DNA from: Alphaproteobacteria bacterium UBA6178
GTDB lineage: Bacteria > Pseudomonadota > Alphaproteobacteria > Rickettsiales > UBA3002
Assembly (NCBI GenBank): GCA_002422205.1
Contig: DITS01000034.1
Coordinates: 9,522-73,521, forward strand
Direction of reading: 5' to 3'
Length of the DNA stretch: 64,000 nucleotides
The position numbers and the translations under genes are program-made. Positions 1 to 11,042 of this stretch are shown here, piece after piece; position 1 is the first letter of the stretch, and each line of letters begins with the position of its first letter. The notes under the pieces were generated by a model. It saw only the letters and a list, made by a program, of their open reading frames with translations. It did no database searches and was not told where the DNA came from.

Positions 1-403
1 CCTGCCAGTCAATCACCTCACCACTATGTACATGCCGCGCCTTGGTCAATTCGCCATGCATATAAATCAGCGAAAAATGCTCCCCGATATTCCGCGCCGC
101 AAGCGCCCGCCCATGCAAATCATCCACGTTCTGCGTCACCAGCATTACATCGCCCGCCCATTGCTCGGCTAAGTCCGCTAACGCCTCATGCGCAGCATTG
201 GGTTGCACCGTGGCAAGCTGCGCTCGTCGTATATTATAAAACTGCTGCACTAAATCCGGATCACGCGCAAAGGCTTCCGGCGTCGCCACATCTTCCACGC
301 GGTGATCGCACCACAGCCCGTCCGATGCACGAAATGTTTGCAGGCCCGATTCCGCCGAAATGCCCGCACCTGTGAGTATCACAATGGATTTGTCTTGACC
401 CAT
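1..403 (-). CDS. cobB: NAD-dependent protein deacylase (Sir2/CobB family), N-terminal part; 3' end lies beyond the window edge
   Basis: Hand translation of the reverse strand from ATG at 403..401 gives [54 protein letters not shown]..., which contains the sirtuin GAGISAESG motif. The frame is open to position 1, so it is absent from the ORF track. Confidence 0.8.
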   Translation of the reverse strand, partial: MGQDKSIVILTGAGISAESGLQTFRASDGLWCDHRVEDVATPEAFARDPDLVQQFYNIRRAQLATVQPNAAHEALADLAEQWAGDVMLVTQNVDDLHGRALAARNIGEHFSLIYMHGELTKARHVHSGEVIDWQ

Positions 404-412
404 AACCGCACA

Positions 413-443
413 CTATTCATTCTATTCATTGTTGCCTATTCTT
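413..443. repeat. Three direct copies of CTATTC(A)TT in the 53-nt cobB/dadA divergent intergenic region; possible operator
   Basis: ctattcatt at 413..421, ctattcatt at 422..430 and ctattctt at 436..443, read directly from the sequence. Confidence 0.3.
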
Positions 444-456
444 TTGTGGAGTCATC

Positions 457-1704
457 ATGCATATCATTATTATGGGTTCCGGTGTGCTTGGAGTCATGTC
501 CGCTTATTTCCTCAGCCGCTCTGGTCATAGTGTCGAGGTTATCGACCGCCAGCCCGAAGCCGCGCGTGAGTGCTCCTTCGCCAATGGCTGCCAGCTCAGC
601 TACTCCCATGCCGAGCCATGGGCCAACCCTTATGTTTTCCCCAAGCTGCTCAAATGGGCCTTCGACGAAAACGCCCCCCTCGTCATGCGCTTTTCAACCG
701 ACCCCCACATGATCAAATGGGGCTTACGGTTTTTATGGAACTGCCGCAAATCCGCTGCTGATCGCCATGCGCTGGTGTTGCTTCGGCTGGGTCTGCATAG
801 CAAAGCCCAAATGGCCGAAGTCGTCAGCGAAACCGGCATCGAATTTCACAATGTCAAAAAAGGTATTCTGCACGTATTCAGCAACGAAAAAGAATTCATC
901 CATGCACAGCAACAGGCCGAATTCCAGCATACCCATGGTTGCGATGAAACCGTTCTCAGCTGGCAGCAATGCATGGAGATGGAACCCTCCCTCGCCCATT
1001 CCGCCAAAGTCATTTATGGCGGCATCCACGCCCCCATCGATGAGAGCGGCGATATCAACCTGTTTACGGTAAGTCTCGCCAATTATTGCCGTGAAAAATT
1101 CGGCACCATCTTCCATTTTGACACCGAAATTCTGGAGCTGAACGCCGAAAATAATCAAATCACCCATGTCGCCACCAATCGCGGCAATATGCGCGGCGAT
1201 GCGTATGTCATGGCCATGGGTGCCTACAGCCCCCTACAGCTGCGCCGCATCGGAATAGATGTACCGATTTACCCCATGAAGGGCTACAGCGTGACTTTTC
1301 CCGCCAACGAATGCTCCCCCACCATGAGCATCACCGACGACGCTTTGAAAATTGTCTATAGCCGCATCGGCGACCGCGTACGTGTGGCCGGCACCGCCGA
1401 ATTCGCTGGCTATAATACCGATGTCCGCGACAAACGCATCACCCCCATCATCAACGGTATCAAATCCTTATTCCCCAAAGCAAAATTGCAATTTCATGAT
1501 CATTGGGCCTGCCTGCGCCCCACCACACCCGATGGTCCGCCCATCATCGGCAAAACCCAATACCCCAATTTATTTATCAATAGCGGCCATGGCACACTAG
1601 GCTGGACGCAGGCCGCAGGCAGCGCTAATCTGCTCGCCGATATTATCAATAATAACACCACACAAATCCCACTCGAAGGCCTAACCAGTGACCGCTATAA
1701 TTGA
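457..1704 (+). CDS. dadA: D-amino-acid dehydrogenase (FAD-dependent)
   Basis: 415-aa ORF with an N-terminal FAD Rossmann motif (IIIMGSGVLGVMSAYFL). It is colinear with E. coli DadA as I remember it (YPMKGYSVT, LRPTTPDGPPIIG, NSGHGTLGWT). GGAG lies 8 nt upstream of the ATG. Confidence 0.85.
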   Translation: MHIIIMGSGVLGVMSAYFLSRSGHSVEVIDRQPEAARECSFANGCQLSYSHAEPWANPYVFPKLLKWAFDENAPLVMRFSTDPHMIKWGLRFLWNCRKSAADRHALVLLRLGLHSKAQMAEVVSETGIEFHNVKKGILHVFSNEKEFIHAQQQAEFQHTHGCDETVLSWQQCMEMEPSLAHSAKVIYGGIHAPIDESGDINLFTVSLANYCREKFGTIFHFDTEILELNAENNQITHVATNRGNMRGDAYVMAMGAYSPLQLRRIGIDVPIYPMKGYSVTFPANECSPTMSITDDALKIVYSRIGDRVRVAGTAEFAGYNTDVRDKRITPIINGIKSLFPKAKLQFHDHWACLRPTTPDGPPIIGKTQYPNLFINSGHGTLGWTQAAGSANLLADIINNNTTQIPLEGLTSDRYN

Positions 1705-2605
1705 TTATCGCCAAGCCTATTTCGCCGCTCCCAACTGGGAAAATGAAGGCCGCCATCAGCTGGCCTATCTCGATTGGGGCAACCCCGATAATGACAATGT
1801 GATTGTCTGCGTCCATGGCCTGACCCGCAATGCGCATGATTTTGACTATCTGGCCCGAGCCCTCGCCGCCGATTACCGCGTCATCGCCCTCGACATGGCA
1901 GGGCGTGGCAAAAGCGATGCTATCGCCGATAGCAGCCTCTATAATTATGTCAATTACATGCAGGACTGCATGGCCTTTATGGACAATTTCCACCTGCGCA
2001 AGGTCGATTGGATCGGCACCTCTATGGGTGGCATCATCGGTATGATGATCGCCGCTTTCAACCCCGCCCGCATCAAACGCCTGGTATTAAACGACATCGG
2101 TGCATTCATTCCCAAAGCCGCCATGAAACGCATCGTCGATTATGTCAGCGCCACGCCCGAATCCTTTGCCAGTCGCACCGAAGCAGAAGCGCATGTACAG
2201 CGTGTCTTGCAGTCATTCGGCATCACCAATCCCGAGCATTGGCAGCATTTCTATACTCACAGCATTACACAACACGTCGATGGCCACTTTACGCTGGCCT
2301 ACGACCCACATATCCTCGACCCCGTACGCACCGAAACCAACAATTTCGAAAAAATCGAAGACATTGACCTCAGCGCTATATGGGAGGCGGTCAAAACTCC
2401 AACCCTCATCCTGCGTGGCGAATTATCCGACGTGCTGGAGCGCGAAACCGTCAGCGCTATGCGTGCCAAGCACCTTAAATGCTTTTCCGAGGAAATTAAA
2501 GGCGTTGGCCACGCCCCCACACTGATGGATGACAATCAGATCGCCATCATTCAGCGTTGGTTGGCAACCACCAAACAGGCAAGTTTTGCCCCCAAAATAG
2601 CCTGA
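1688..2605 (+). CDS. alpha/beta-fold hydrolase
   Basis: 305-aa ORF with a GTG start overlapping the dadA end. It has HGLTRNAHDF and the nucleophile elbow GTSMGG. Confidence 0.7.
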   Translation: MTAIIDYRQAYFAAPNWENEGRHQLAYLDWGNPDNDNVIVCVHGLTRNAHDFDYLARALAADYRVIALDMAGRGKSDAIADSSLYNYVNYMQDCMAFMDNFHLRKVDWIGTSMGGIIGMMIAAFNPARIKRLVLNDIGAFIPKAAMKRIVDYVSATPESFASRTEAEAHVQRVLQSFGITNPEHWQHFYTHSITQHVDGHFTLAYDPHILDPVRTETNNFEKIEDIDLSAIWEAVKTPTLILRGELSDVLERETVSAMRAKHLKCFSEEIKGVGHAPTLMDDNQIAIIQRWLATTKQASFAPKIA

Positions 2606-2663
2606 TATTTTATGTGATTTTTGATACGGTTTTTGCTATAGTAAAAGCAATAAGGAGCACGCC

Positions 2664-2900
2664 ATGACGGATATTCGCACACTGATCGGCCATAACACCC
2701 CCGCCACCATTCCTGCCCGCACACAAGGCAAGGCCGAGCGTAGCGAGGCAACGGACAAGGCGCGCTATTACAAGCGCCGTGCCTCCCTCAATTTCATTCC
2801 CTCCCCTCACGAATTGCAGGCAATGATCGACAAAGCCCTCATCGCCCTCTCGCGCGGAGTATATTGGGATCGCGGCTCCATCATCAATATCGTATTATAA
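2664..2900 (+). CDS. small hypothetical protein (78 aa)
   Basis: ORF with AAGGAG 7 nt upstream of the ATG. No family recognised. Confidence 0.45.
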   Translation: MTDIRTLIGHNTPATIPARTQGKAERSEATDKARYYKRRASLNFIPSPHELQAMIDKALIALSRGVYWDRGSIINIVL

Positions 2901-2903
2901 CGC

Positions 2904-4088
2904 ATGTCGTCGTTCGCGTGGGATGATGCGCTACAGCTCACCGGCCAACTCACCGACGAAGAGCGACTGATTGATCAAACCGCCCGCGATTTTGCACGCG
3001 ATGTGCTGCAACCCACCATCCTCGACGCCAACCGGCACGAACGCTTTGATCCTGACCTGCTGCGGGAAATGGGCAAGCTCGGTCTGCTCGGCGCCACGAT
3101 CGACGGCTATGGTTGCTCCGGCGTCAGCCATGTCGCTTATGGCTTAATCGCCCGCGCCGTCGAAGCCGTCGATAGCGGCTATCGCTCCGCCTTATCCGTT
3201 CAATCCAGCCTTGTCATGCACCCCATTCACGCCTTCGCATCCGACGAGCTTAAACAACACTACCTGCCCAAACTCGCCACCGCCGAATGTATCGGATGTT
3301 TCGGGTTAACAGAGCCTGATCACGGCTCCGACCCCGGCGGCATGAAAACCCGCGCCACCAAAGTAGATGGCGGCTATCACCTCACCGGCTCCAAAACATG
3401 GATCACCAATTCCCCCATCGCCGATGTCATGATTATCTGGGCGAAAGTTTATGGCGATAGCGACACGCCCGACGGCACCATCACCGGCTTCATCCTCGAT
3501 CGCGGCACAGGCGTTGAAACCCCAAAGCTCGAAGGTAAATTAGCGCTCAAAGCATCCATCACCGGCATGATCATGCTTGATAACGCCTTCGTACCCGACA
3601 CGCATCGCCTGCATGTCAGCGGCCTTAAAGGCCCCTTCTCCTGCCTCAACAAAGCCCGCTACGGCATTGGTTGGGGCGCACTCGGCGCTGCTGAGGATTG
3701 CTACAAAACCGCCCGTAGCTACGTGTTAGAACGCCAACAATTTAACCGCCCCCTCGCCGCCAATCAGCTCATCCAGAAAAAACTCGCCGATATGCTGACC
3801 GATATCACCCTGGGCCTGCAAGCCTGCCTGCGCGTCGGACGGTTGATCGACGAAAATAACTACCAGCCAGAAATGATTTCCCTCATCAAACGTAACAGCT
3901 GCGGCAAAGCACTCGACATTGCCCGAACCGCCCGCGACATGCTGGGCGGCAACGGCATTTCCGATGAATATCACGTCATGCGTCACATGGTAAATCTCGA
4001 AGCCGTCAACACCTATGAAGGTACCCACGATATTCACGCGCTGATACTGGGCCGCGCCATCACCGGCATCGCTGCTTTTAGCGACTAA
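2904..4088 (+). CDS. gcdH: glutaryl-CoA dehydrogenase (acyl-CoA dehydrogenase family)
   Basis: 394 aa with [32 protein letters not shown] and [14 protein letters not shown], colinear with the GCDH type. Confidence 0.85.
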   Translation: MSSFAWDDALQLTGQLTDEERLIDQTARDFARDVLQPTILDANRHERFDPDLLREMGKLGLLGATIDGYGCSGVSHVAYGLIARAVEAVDSGYRSALSVQSSLVMHPIHAFASDELKQHYLPKLATAECIGCFGLTEPDHGSDPGGMKTRATKVDGGYHLTGSKTWITNSPIADVMIIWAKVYGDSDTPDGTITGFILDRGTGVETPKLEGKLALKASITGMIMLDNAFVPDTHRLHVSGLKGPFSCLNKARYGIGWGALGAAEDCYKTARSYVLERQQFNRPLAANQLIQKKLADMLTDITLGLQACLRVGRLIDENNYQPEMISLIKRNSCGKALDIARTARDMLGGNGISDEYHVMRHMVNLEAVNTYEGTHDIHALILGRAITGIAAFSD

Positions 4089-4127
4089 TCCTTGCCTATC
4101 GGGTGAAGCTGCGGCATTATCCGCGCC

Positions 4128-4913
4128 ATGTCGCTCACACCGGATATTATCAGCTTCGCCCACACCCTTGCCGATCAGGCAGGTGCCATCGCGCGCCGTT
4201 ACTATCGGCAACCCTACATGGTTGATTATAAAAGCGATAAAAGCCCCGTCACACTTGCCGATCACGAAATTGAAACCGCATTGCGCGAGGCCATCACCGA
4301 CCGCTTCAGCGACGCTTACGGTATTTTAGGCGAAGAATCAGGTGCAAGCCATCTCGATGCCGAATATGTATGGGTCATCGACCCCATCGACGGCACCCGC
4401 GCCTTCATTGCTGGCAAGCCCACCTTCACCACCCTCATTGCCTTATGCAAAAACGGCGTACCAGTTTTGGGATTAATTGACCAACCCATCATCGGCGACC
4501 GCTGGGTAGGGGTGCAGGGCTTTCCCTCCACCCGCAACGGCCAGCCCGTCACCACTCGCCCCTGTGATGATCTCACATTAGCCCTCATCAGCACCACCTC
4601 GCCGGAATATTTCTCTGCCATTGCGTCACCCTCTTTCCACGCCGTTCGCGCCGCCGCACGTGATATACTCTATGGCTGCGATGGCTACGCCTATGGCCTG
4701 CTCGCCAATGGCGGGGTCGATCTGGTAATCGAATCGGGGTTAAAGCCATACGATTACTGCGCCCTCGCCCCTGTCATCAGCGGAGCAGGCGGCATCATCA
4801 CCGATTGGCGCGGCGAATCACTCACCCTGCATAGCAACGGCGATGTGCTAGCCTGCGGCGACGAAGCGCTGCACGCAATCGCCATTAGCATGATCAAACC
4901 ACCCAAACATTGA
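4128..4913 (+). CDS. inositol-monophosphatase-family phosphatase, possibly HisN-type histidinol-phosphatase
   Basis: 261 aa with the IMPase motifs ILGEESG and WVIDPIDGTRAFIAG. The substrate cannot be decided from sequence alone. Confidence 0.6.
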   Translation: MSLTPDIISFAHTLADQAGAIARRYYRQPYMVDYKSDKSPVTLADHEIETALREAITDRFSDAYGILGEESGASHLDAEYVWVIDPIDGTRAFIAGKPTFTTLIALCKNGVPVLGLIDQPIIGDRWVGVQGFPSTRNGQPVTTRPCDDLTLALISTTSPEYFSAIASPSFHAVRAAARDILYGCDGYAYGLLANGGVDLVIESGLKPYDYCALAPVISGAGGIITDWRGESLTLHSNGDVLACGDEALHAIAISMIKPPKH

Positions 4914-4939
4914 CCAAACGTTCATTCAGGATAAATCGC

Positions 4940-5971
4940 ATGCCGCACAGAGGCTTAGAAAATGCAGTAAAAGATGGCGTCATCAATCAGAGCCAAGCTG
5001 AATTACTCAAAGATTACCTCACCGCCATTTCTGTTCAGGCTGCCATTGCAAACCCCGCGCGTGAAGAAACGGTCGATGCGATACGTGGATTCCACGATGT
5101 CTTTTTATCCATCGGCATCCTGTGTCTGGTAGTAGGAATCTATGCCCTCAACAGCTTCATCGGTTTATTTTTAGGGCCAATACTCATCTGGGGTATGGCC
5201 GAAGCCCTGCGCGGCTGGCACAGCACACGCTTACCCACCATCACACTTGCCTCATGCTTTGCAGGTGCCACAGCTTTTTGCGGCTTAATGCTGGCAGAAA
5301 CGTTAGACATGGCTGAGCCAGCAAAAGATTTTCAGGAAATGATCTGCTCCGCAGGCTTTGCCATAATAGGCACGCTGCTATTTTTAAAACGCTTTAAGAC
5401 CCCATTCGCATGGCTATTATTGGCAGCAAGTATCGTATTATTCATTTATGCACTCCTCGCCTTACAACTCGGCGAAGAAACAATTAAACATTACTGGCAT
5501 GTATTTTTTCTGTGCTGCGGTATCAGCATTTTCATAGCCGCCATGGGGTTCGATTCCCGCGATCCTTTACGCACAAAACCCCATAGCGACATTGCCTTTT
5601 GGCTGCATCTGGGTGCAGCGCCGCTGGTAGTCAATGGCGTCATGAACCTCAATGCCGATTACATCAGCAGCACTGTACCAGCCGCCTTAGTGACTATAGG
5701 GTTGGTGCTTTCACTCGCCTGCTTAGCCCTCATCGTTGACCGTCGGGCAATCTTAGTCTCAGCCCTCATCTATCTGGGCATATCCGTAGCAGACCTGACC
5801 GATTCATTAGCAACCGAACTGGACAGCTCCTTTGCCTTTGCACTCATCATCGTTGGCATGTTTGTTATTCTAGTTGCAAGCAGCTGGCAAACGGCACGTC
5901 AGAAAATCGTTAATCAACTGCCTCTTTGGCTTCATCCATATTTACCGCCTGTAAGGAAAAATCATGCCTGA
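4940..5971 (+). CDS. polytopic membrane protein, unknown function
   Basis: The ORF track gives 4910..5971 with a TTG start. The ATG at 4940 has AGGA 8 nt upstream. The rest of the protein contains multiple hydrophobic helices. Confidence 0.6.
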   Translation: MPHRGLENAVKDGVINQSQAELLKDYLTAISVQAAIANPAREETVDAIRGFHDVFLSIGILCLVVGIYALNSFIGLFLGPILIWGMAEALRGWHSTRLPTITLASCFAGATAFCGLMLAETLDMAEPAKDFQEMICSAGFAIIGTLLFLKRFKTPFAWLLLAASIVLFIYALLALQLGEETIKHYWHVFFLCCGISIFIAAMGFDSRDPLRTKPHSDIAFWLHLGAAPLVVNGVMNLNADYISSTVPAALVTIGLVLSLACLALIVDRRAILVSALIYLGISVADLTDSLATELDSSFAFALIIVGMFVILVASSWQTARQKIVNQLPLWLHPYLPPVRKNHA

Positions 5972-7310
5972 AACTCTACATATCATTGGTTCCGGCCTAG
6001 CCGGCAGCGAAGCCGCATGGCAGGCCGCTCAGCGTGGCGTAAACGTCACCATTCACGAAATGCGCCCCATCGTCAAAACCGACGCACATCACACCGACCA
6101 TTGCGCCGAGCTGGTCTGCTCAAACTCCTTCCGCTCCGACGATGCAGAGCGTTCTGCCATAGGCCTGCTGCACGAAGAAATGCGCCGCTGCGATTCGCTC
6201 ATCATGCGTTGCGCCGAAGCGCATAAAGTCCCCGCAGGTGGCGCACTGGCTGTCGATCGCGATGGTTTCAGCGCCGCCGTAACCGCCATGCTCGAAGCAC
6301 ACCCAAATATCACCTTCCAACGCGAAGAAATTAAAACACTGCCCAAATCCAGCGATGATTTATGGATCGTCGCCACCGGCCCACTCACATCAGCTGCACT
6401 GGCGGATAGTATTTTAAACGAAAGCGGCGAAGAATATTTAGCCTTCTTCGATGCCATCGCCCCCATCATCCACACCGAATCCATCGATATGACCAAAGCA
6501 TGGTTTCAGTCTCGTTATGACAAAGCAGGCCCCGCAGGCACCGGCGCTGATTATATCAACTGCCCCATGAGCGAAGCCCAATACCAAGCCTTCATCGACG
6601 CATTGCTCGAAGGTGGCAAAACCGAATTTAAAGAATGGGAAAAAAACACGCCCTATTTCAATGGCTGCCTGCCCATCGAAGTCATGGCAGAGCGTGGCCG
6701 CGAAACTTTACGCTTTGGCCCCATGAAACCGGTTGGCCTCACCAATCCCCACGCGCCGGAAAAACCATACGCCGTGGTACAGCTACGGCAGGATAACAAA
6801 CTCGGCACGCTTTATAATATGGTAGGCTTCCAAACCAAATTAAAATGGGGCGAGCAAACCCGCATTTTCAAAACCATTCCCGGCTTAGAAAATGCCGAAT
6901 TTGCAAGGCTGGGCGGCATCCACCGCAACACCTTCATCAACAGCCCCCGATTGCTCGATGCACAACTACGCTTAAAGTCTGCACCGCATCTGCGCTTTGC
7001 AGGGCAAGTGACAGGCGTTGAAGGCTATGTCGAAAGCGCCGCCTGCGGCCTGATGGCTGGCATTTTCGCTAGCGCCGAATTGCAGGGCGAGACCATCGTC
7101 ACCCCACCCGCCACCACGGCATTGGGCGCGCTCATGGCGCATATCACTGGCGGAGCCGACGCCAAAACATTCCAGCCAATGAATGTGAATTTCGGCCTAT
7201 TCCCACCGCTAACCCAGCGCATGAAAAAAGCCGATCGCCCACAAGGCTATACCCGCCGCGCCCTGTCCGATCTGGATCATTGGTTACACACGCAATCCCT
7301 AGCCGCGTAA
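5964..7310 (+). CDS. trmFO: methylenetetrahydrofolate--tRNA-(uracil-5-)-methyltransferase
   Basis: 448 aa with the FAD motif [16 protein letters not shown] and colinear with the TrmFO/Gid family. AAGGA lies upstream of the ATG. Confidence 0.9.
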   Translation: MPETLHIIGSGLAGSEAAWQAAQRGVNVTIHEMRPIVKTDAHHTDHCAELVCSNSFRSDDAERSAIGLLHEEMRRCDSLIMRCAEAHKVPAGGALAVDRDGFSAAVTAMLEAHPNITFQREEIKTLPKSSDDLWIVATGPLTSAALADSILNESGEEYLAFFDAIAPIIHTESIDMTKAWFQSRYDKAGPAGTGADYINCPMSEAQYQAFIDALLEGGKTEFKEWEKNTPYFNGCLPIEVMAERGRETLRFGPMKPVGLTNPHAPEKPYAVVQLRQDNKLGTLYNMVGFQTKLKWGEQTRIFKTIPGLENAEFARLGGIHRNTFINSPRLLDAQLRLKSAPHLRFAGQVTGVEGYVESAACGLMAGIFASAELQGETIVTPPATTALGALMAHITGGADAKTFQPMNVNFGLFPPLTQRMKKADRPQGYTRRALSDLDHWLHTQSLAA

Positions 7311-8081
7311 CGACATAACCCACAACCGCAGCGGCAGCCATGGCAACCGCGCAGGCAGCGCCGATAGTTGATAATCCCGCTTGATCAGCAGCCCCATATA
7401 ACTTTGCGCCACCTTATCCATCAACCGGATAACCAGCGCGCCCTCAGCGCGGGGCAATAGCTGCACCCGCTCCACCATCGCCATCACATACGCGCGCAAC
7501 CGCTCAGTTTCATCGCCCCGCTCAACCGCCTCGGGCGACAAACCATGTTCCTGCAAGCATGCCAACGGCTGACGAATAACACCATGCTGCAAATGATATG
7601 GCATTGCACGCAACAATCCCGCCATGCCATAGCGCCGCGCGCAATCGCGCACATCGGTATCACTACCGCTCACCAGCGCCATCAACTGATGCAACGGCAC
7701 CACCGTAGCATCCAGATAAGCCAAAAAATCTTCCCATGACTGAATCCCTTGCTTCGATTCCAAATCCATCATCCGCCCCTCAAGCATCCGATCGAATAAA
7801 TCACGCGGCAAATCATGTGCGCCAATTGCAACAGCCAATGCCTGCACCACGATATGATTGCGTGGCGCGCTTCCGGCATATATTTCATCAAGCGCCTCGC
7901 GCCACCATGCCAGCCTGATATGCCCCAGCATCGGCTCGCTTACCTGCTCGGCAATCGGTGCAATCTCGCTGTTAAACGCAACCAACGCCATCAGATCCTC
8001 CTGCATCGTCCGCGGCGCGCACAGGCAACAGATATAACGATCATAATCGCGCTGGCGTATTTGCTGTATTATTGCAGACAT
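7299..8081 (-). CDS. squalene/phytoene-synthase-fold protein lacking the Asp-rich catalytic motifs (NDUFAF6-like)
   Basis: 260 aa with an isoprenoid-synthase-type helical pattern ([15 protein letters not shown]). I see no DxxxD motifs where PSY/HpnD carry them; for example, AMPYHLQHG replaces the second Asp box. Confidence 0.6.
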   Translation of the reverse strand: MSAIIQQIRQRDYDRYICCLCAPRTMQEDLMALVAFNSEIAPIAEQVSEPMLGHIRLAWWREALDEIYAGSAPRNHIVVQALAVAIGAHDLPRDLFDRMLEGRMMDLESKQGIQSWEDFLAYLDATVVPLHQLMALVSGSDTDVRDCARRYGMAGLLRAMPYHLQHGVIRQPLACLQEHGLSPEAVERGDETERLRAYVMAMVERVQLLPRAEGALVIRLMDKVAQSYMGLLIKRDYQLSALPARLPWLPLRLWVMSLRG

Positions 8082-8152
8082 GCTATCCTTTCCATGTCAT
8101 AAAGCCGCATCCATAGCGCTTTTTAGGAGCATTGCAAAGGAGCAAAGCAACC

Positions 8153-9346
8153 ATGTCATGCGTGCATATCATCGGAGCAGGGCTGGCCGGACTGGCCGCC
8201 GCCATTGAGCTATCAGGCACCGACCGGCGCATCTGCCTCTATGAAGCCACCTCACAGGCCGGTGGCCGCTGCCGCTCCTACCACGATCCTGTGCTCAACC
8301 GCGAAATCGACAATGGCAACCACCTCATCCTCAAAGCCAATCACCACACCCGCGACTATATCCAGCGCATCGGCTCCACCGCACAATTCCATACCCCGCA
8401 AACCCATTACCCTTTCATCGATATCAAATATGGCTATCAATGGGAGTTAAAGCGCCCTTTCTACCTACCGCGCTTACCACTTATCGACTATATCCACCTG
8501 CTGCGCATCGGCCTGATGGGCGGCTGCGTCGGTAATTATGCCTCTCCCTACGATAATCTCCATCGCCGCTTCCTCGCGCCGCTTTGCACCTCCATCCTCA
8601 ACACCCCGCCCGAGCAGGCTTCCGCCATGCTCTTCGCTCGCACACTGCGCCAGATCATCGCCGAAAAAGGCGGAGCAGAGCCCCTATTACCGCTTCACAC
8701 ATTACACGCATCGCTAATTGCCCCCGCTCTAAAACGCTTGCTCGATCAGGGCTGCGATATCTATTATCAACAAAGCCTGAAACACATCACCCTTACCGAC
8801 AACCGCGCAACCGAGCTGCATTTCAGCCGCAATGTCATCCCCCTCGGCGCGGATGATATCGTCATTCTCGCCATCCCCGCCCATGGAATCGAAAAATTAC
8901 TTCCCGCCATCCCCGTCCCGCAAACCTATCACGCCATCGTCAACGGACATTTCATCACCGATCATAATCAGCCAAATGGCAGCTTCATCGGTGCCGTCGG
9001 TGGCGCGCTCGACTGGGTCTTTTTCAAAGACGGACTCATATCCACCACCACCAGCGCCGCAAATGCGCTGGCCGATATCGATCAGGATATCACCGCCACC
9101 ATGTTATGGCATGATGTTTGCCGTATTACCGGCGTGCGTAAACCTTTGCCGCCATATCGCATCGTTACCGAAAAACGCGCCACCTATGCCGCCACCCCCG
9201 AAAACCTTAAACGCCGCCCCACCACACAAACCGATTACAATAATGTGCTATTGGCAGGCGACTATGTGCGCAACGGCTTACCCGCCACTATCGAGGGGGC
9301 CATCAAGTCCGGCATGAAGGCTGCCTGTACGGTTTATGCCATCTAA
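8153..9346 (+). CDS. FAD-dependent amine-oxidase-fold oxidoreductase (HpnE-like)
   Basis: Motifs [24 protein letters not shown] and DNGNH. The ATG at 8153 has AAGGAG upstream; the ORF track starts earlier, at 8132. Confidence 0.6.
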   Translation: MSCVHIIGAGLAGLAAAIELSGTDRRICLYEATSQAGGRCRSYHDPVLNREIDNGNHLILKANHHTRDYIQRIGSTAQFHTPQTHYPFIDIKYGYQWELKRPFYLPRLPLIDYIHLLRIGLMGGCVGNYASPYDNLHRRFLAPLCTSILNTPPEQASAMLFARTLRQIIAEKGGAEPLLPLHTLHASLIAPALKRLLDQGCDIYYQQSLKHITLTDNRATELHFSRNVIPLGADDIVILAIPAHGIEKLLPAIPVPQTYHAIVNGHFITDHNQPNGSFIGAVGGALDWVFFKDGLISTTTSAANALADIDQDITATMLWHDVCRITGVRKPLPPYRIVTEKRATYAATPENLKRRPTTQTDYNNVLLAGDYVRNGLPATIEGAIKSGMKAACTVYAI

Positions 9347-9405
9347 GGCTTGCATCATGCTCTGAATGCACTACATCTATGCTTCAACTAAAAAAAGAGG
9401 CTCGT

Positions 9406-10137
9406 ATGATACACATAACGAGACGCACAATGACACAGGGCCTAATCGCAGCGGGAGCTGTGGCGGCCATCCGGCCATTTCCTGTGTTGGCGCAACATCA
9501 ACCAAATGAGGACACCATGGCATTTACCCTACCCGAACTCCCCTATGCAAAAAACGCACTTGAGCCGCATATTTCGGCTCAAACACTCGATTTCCATCAT
9601 GGCAAACACCATAACGCCTATGTTACCAACTTAAATAAGTTGATCGAAGGCACCGATCTGGCCAATGAGTCGCTCGAGGATATCATCTTAAAAACCGCCA
9701 AAGACGACTCGAAAGCAGGCATTTTCAACAACGCCGCACAAGTGTGGAACCACACTTTCTATTGGCACAGCATGAAGCCATCCGGCGGCGGCACCCCCTC
9801 CGGCGAATTAGCCGATAAAATCAATGCCGATTTCGGCAGCTTCGATAAATTCGCCGAAGCCTTTAAACAAGCCGGTGCCACACAATTTGGTAGCGGCTGG
9901 GCATGGCTGGTGCTGGGCAAAGACGGTAAACTCGAAGTCGTCAAAACCCCCAACGCTGTCGTCCCTTTCGTCAATGGTCAAACCCCGCTGCTGACCATGG
10001 ACGTATGGGAGCACGCCTATTATCTCGACTACCAGAACAAGCGCCCCGACTATATCGAGACGTTCTTAAGCAAACTGGTTAACTGGGAATTTGCCGCGTC
10101 CAATTACGCGCAAGCCAAACAAAAACAAGCCGCTTAA
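9406..10137 (+). CDS. sodB: Fe-type superoxide dismutase with an N-terminal twin-arginine (Tat) signal-like extension
   Basis: The mature part, [31 protein letters not shown]...[11 protein letters not shown], is canonical Fe/Mn-SOD. It is preceded in frame by [36 protein letters not shown] lies 6 nt before the ATG at 9406. A second ATG at 9517 has its own GAGGA. Confidence 0.85.
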   Translation: MIHITRRTMTQGLIAAGAVAAIRPFPVLAQHQPNEDTMAFTLPELPYAKNALEPHISAQTLDFHHGKHHNAYVTNLNKLIEGTDLANESLEDIILKTAKDDSKAGIFNNAAQVWNHTFYWHSMKPSGGGTPSGELADKINADFGSFDKFAEAFKQAGATQFGSGWAWLVLGKDGKLEVVKTPNAVVPFVNGQTPLLTMDVWEHAYYLDYQNKRPDYIETFLSKLVNWEFAASNYAQAKQKQAA

Positions 10138-10152
10138 ACACCGGCTGTGTCC

Positions 10153-10187
10153 TAGAGCGAGCCCGCAACGCAAGCGGGCTCGCTCTA
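10153..10187 (+). terminator. perfect 14-bp hairpin downstream of the SOD gene
   Basis: tagagcgagcccgc (10153..10166), a 7-nt loop, then gcgggctcgctcta (10174..10187). No clear T-tract follows. Confidence 0.5.
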
Positions 10188-10266
10188 ACAATTCATAAAA
10201 CTGTAACATTCACGCTGATCAATTTTTGCTAATCTGCAGGCTCAAAGTCAAAAAATGAGGAAGCAC

Positions 10267-10689
10267 ATGGTTAGTCTCGAATCCGATAAATCCTATCGCG
10301 AGTTGCGCCGCGAAGTCACCGACAAAGCCTTTAATGTAAATCTTGTTAACACCGTCACCACCATTTTGGCATTTGGTGCGGCTGGCCTTGGTCTTGCTGC
10401 ATTTTCCGGTGCCAGTATTGCGCTAGGGTTAGCCGCAGGCGGAGCCGCATTAGCAGCAGCTGTCGTGGGTGTTTTCAACTTTAAGCAAAGCCACGACCTA
10501 TCGCTCGATTATGAAGAGCTGGAAATGCAACGCCGCTCGGCCTATCTGGAAAAGCTGGTCGGCAAAGGGGCGGATAAAAGCACCGTGTTGATAGCCGATT
10601 CACAGCTAGATCAAAATAAGCGCAGCGACTGGTCAGAACGTGTGACGACCGGCGATCTGGCACGCGGCCAAAGCGCAATGGAAATCTAA
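10267..10689 (+). CDS. hypothetical membrane protein with a Gly/Ala-rich hairpin
   Basis: The ORF track gives 10255..10689. The ATG at 10267 is preceded by GAGGAAG. The protein has two Gly/Ala-rich hydrophobic segments. Confidence 0.45.
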   Translation: MVSLESDKSYRELRREVTDKAFNVNLVNTVTTILAFGAAGLGLAAFSGASIALGLAAGGAALAAAVVGVFNFKQSHDLSLDYEELEMQRRSAYLEKLVGKGADKSTVLIADSQLDQNKRSDWSERVTTGDLARGQSAMEI

Positions 10690-11042
10690 ATTGCGACCAA
10701 CGCCGCCACTACACGGCGAGACTCACTCATCAAGATATTAAATGTGCGGCACGCCGCACCCGTATCCATTGCATCAATCGATACCCCAAACATTTTAAAA
10801 TGCGCGCGCAATTCCGGCACAATAAATGCGCCCGTTTCACCACAGCCAATCAGCAAAATATCGATAGTGTCCTGCGCGCACGCTTGCAGCGATTCAGCTG
10901 AAATCACCCCATCCCACGGCACAACACGATCCGCAAACACCAGCACCGACCCCATCTGTTTTTCGCCGCTAATCGTAAAACCACCATCCCCATATTGGGT
11001 GATATGGTTCATCGATTCCGCAAATTGGGGAGTAATATCCAT
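10686..11042 (-). CDS. Mth938/DUF498-domain protein (NDUFAF3-like)
   Basis: 118 aa with ITQYGDGGFTISG...ILLIGCGETG...MDTGAACRTFN. Its start overlaps the secD stop in a TAATG junction. Confidence 0.7.
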   Translation of the reverse strand: MDITPQFAESMNHITQYGDGGFTISGEKQMGSVLVFADRVVPWDGVISAESLQACAQDTIDILLIGCGETGAFIVPELRAHFKMFGVSIDAMDTGAACRTFNILMSESRRVVAALVAI

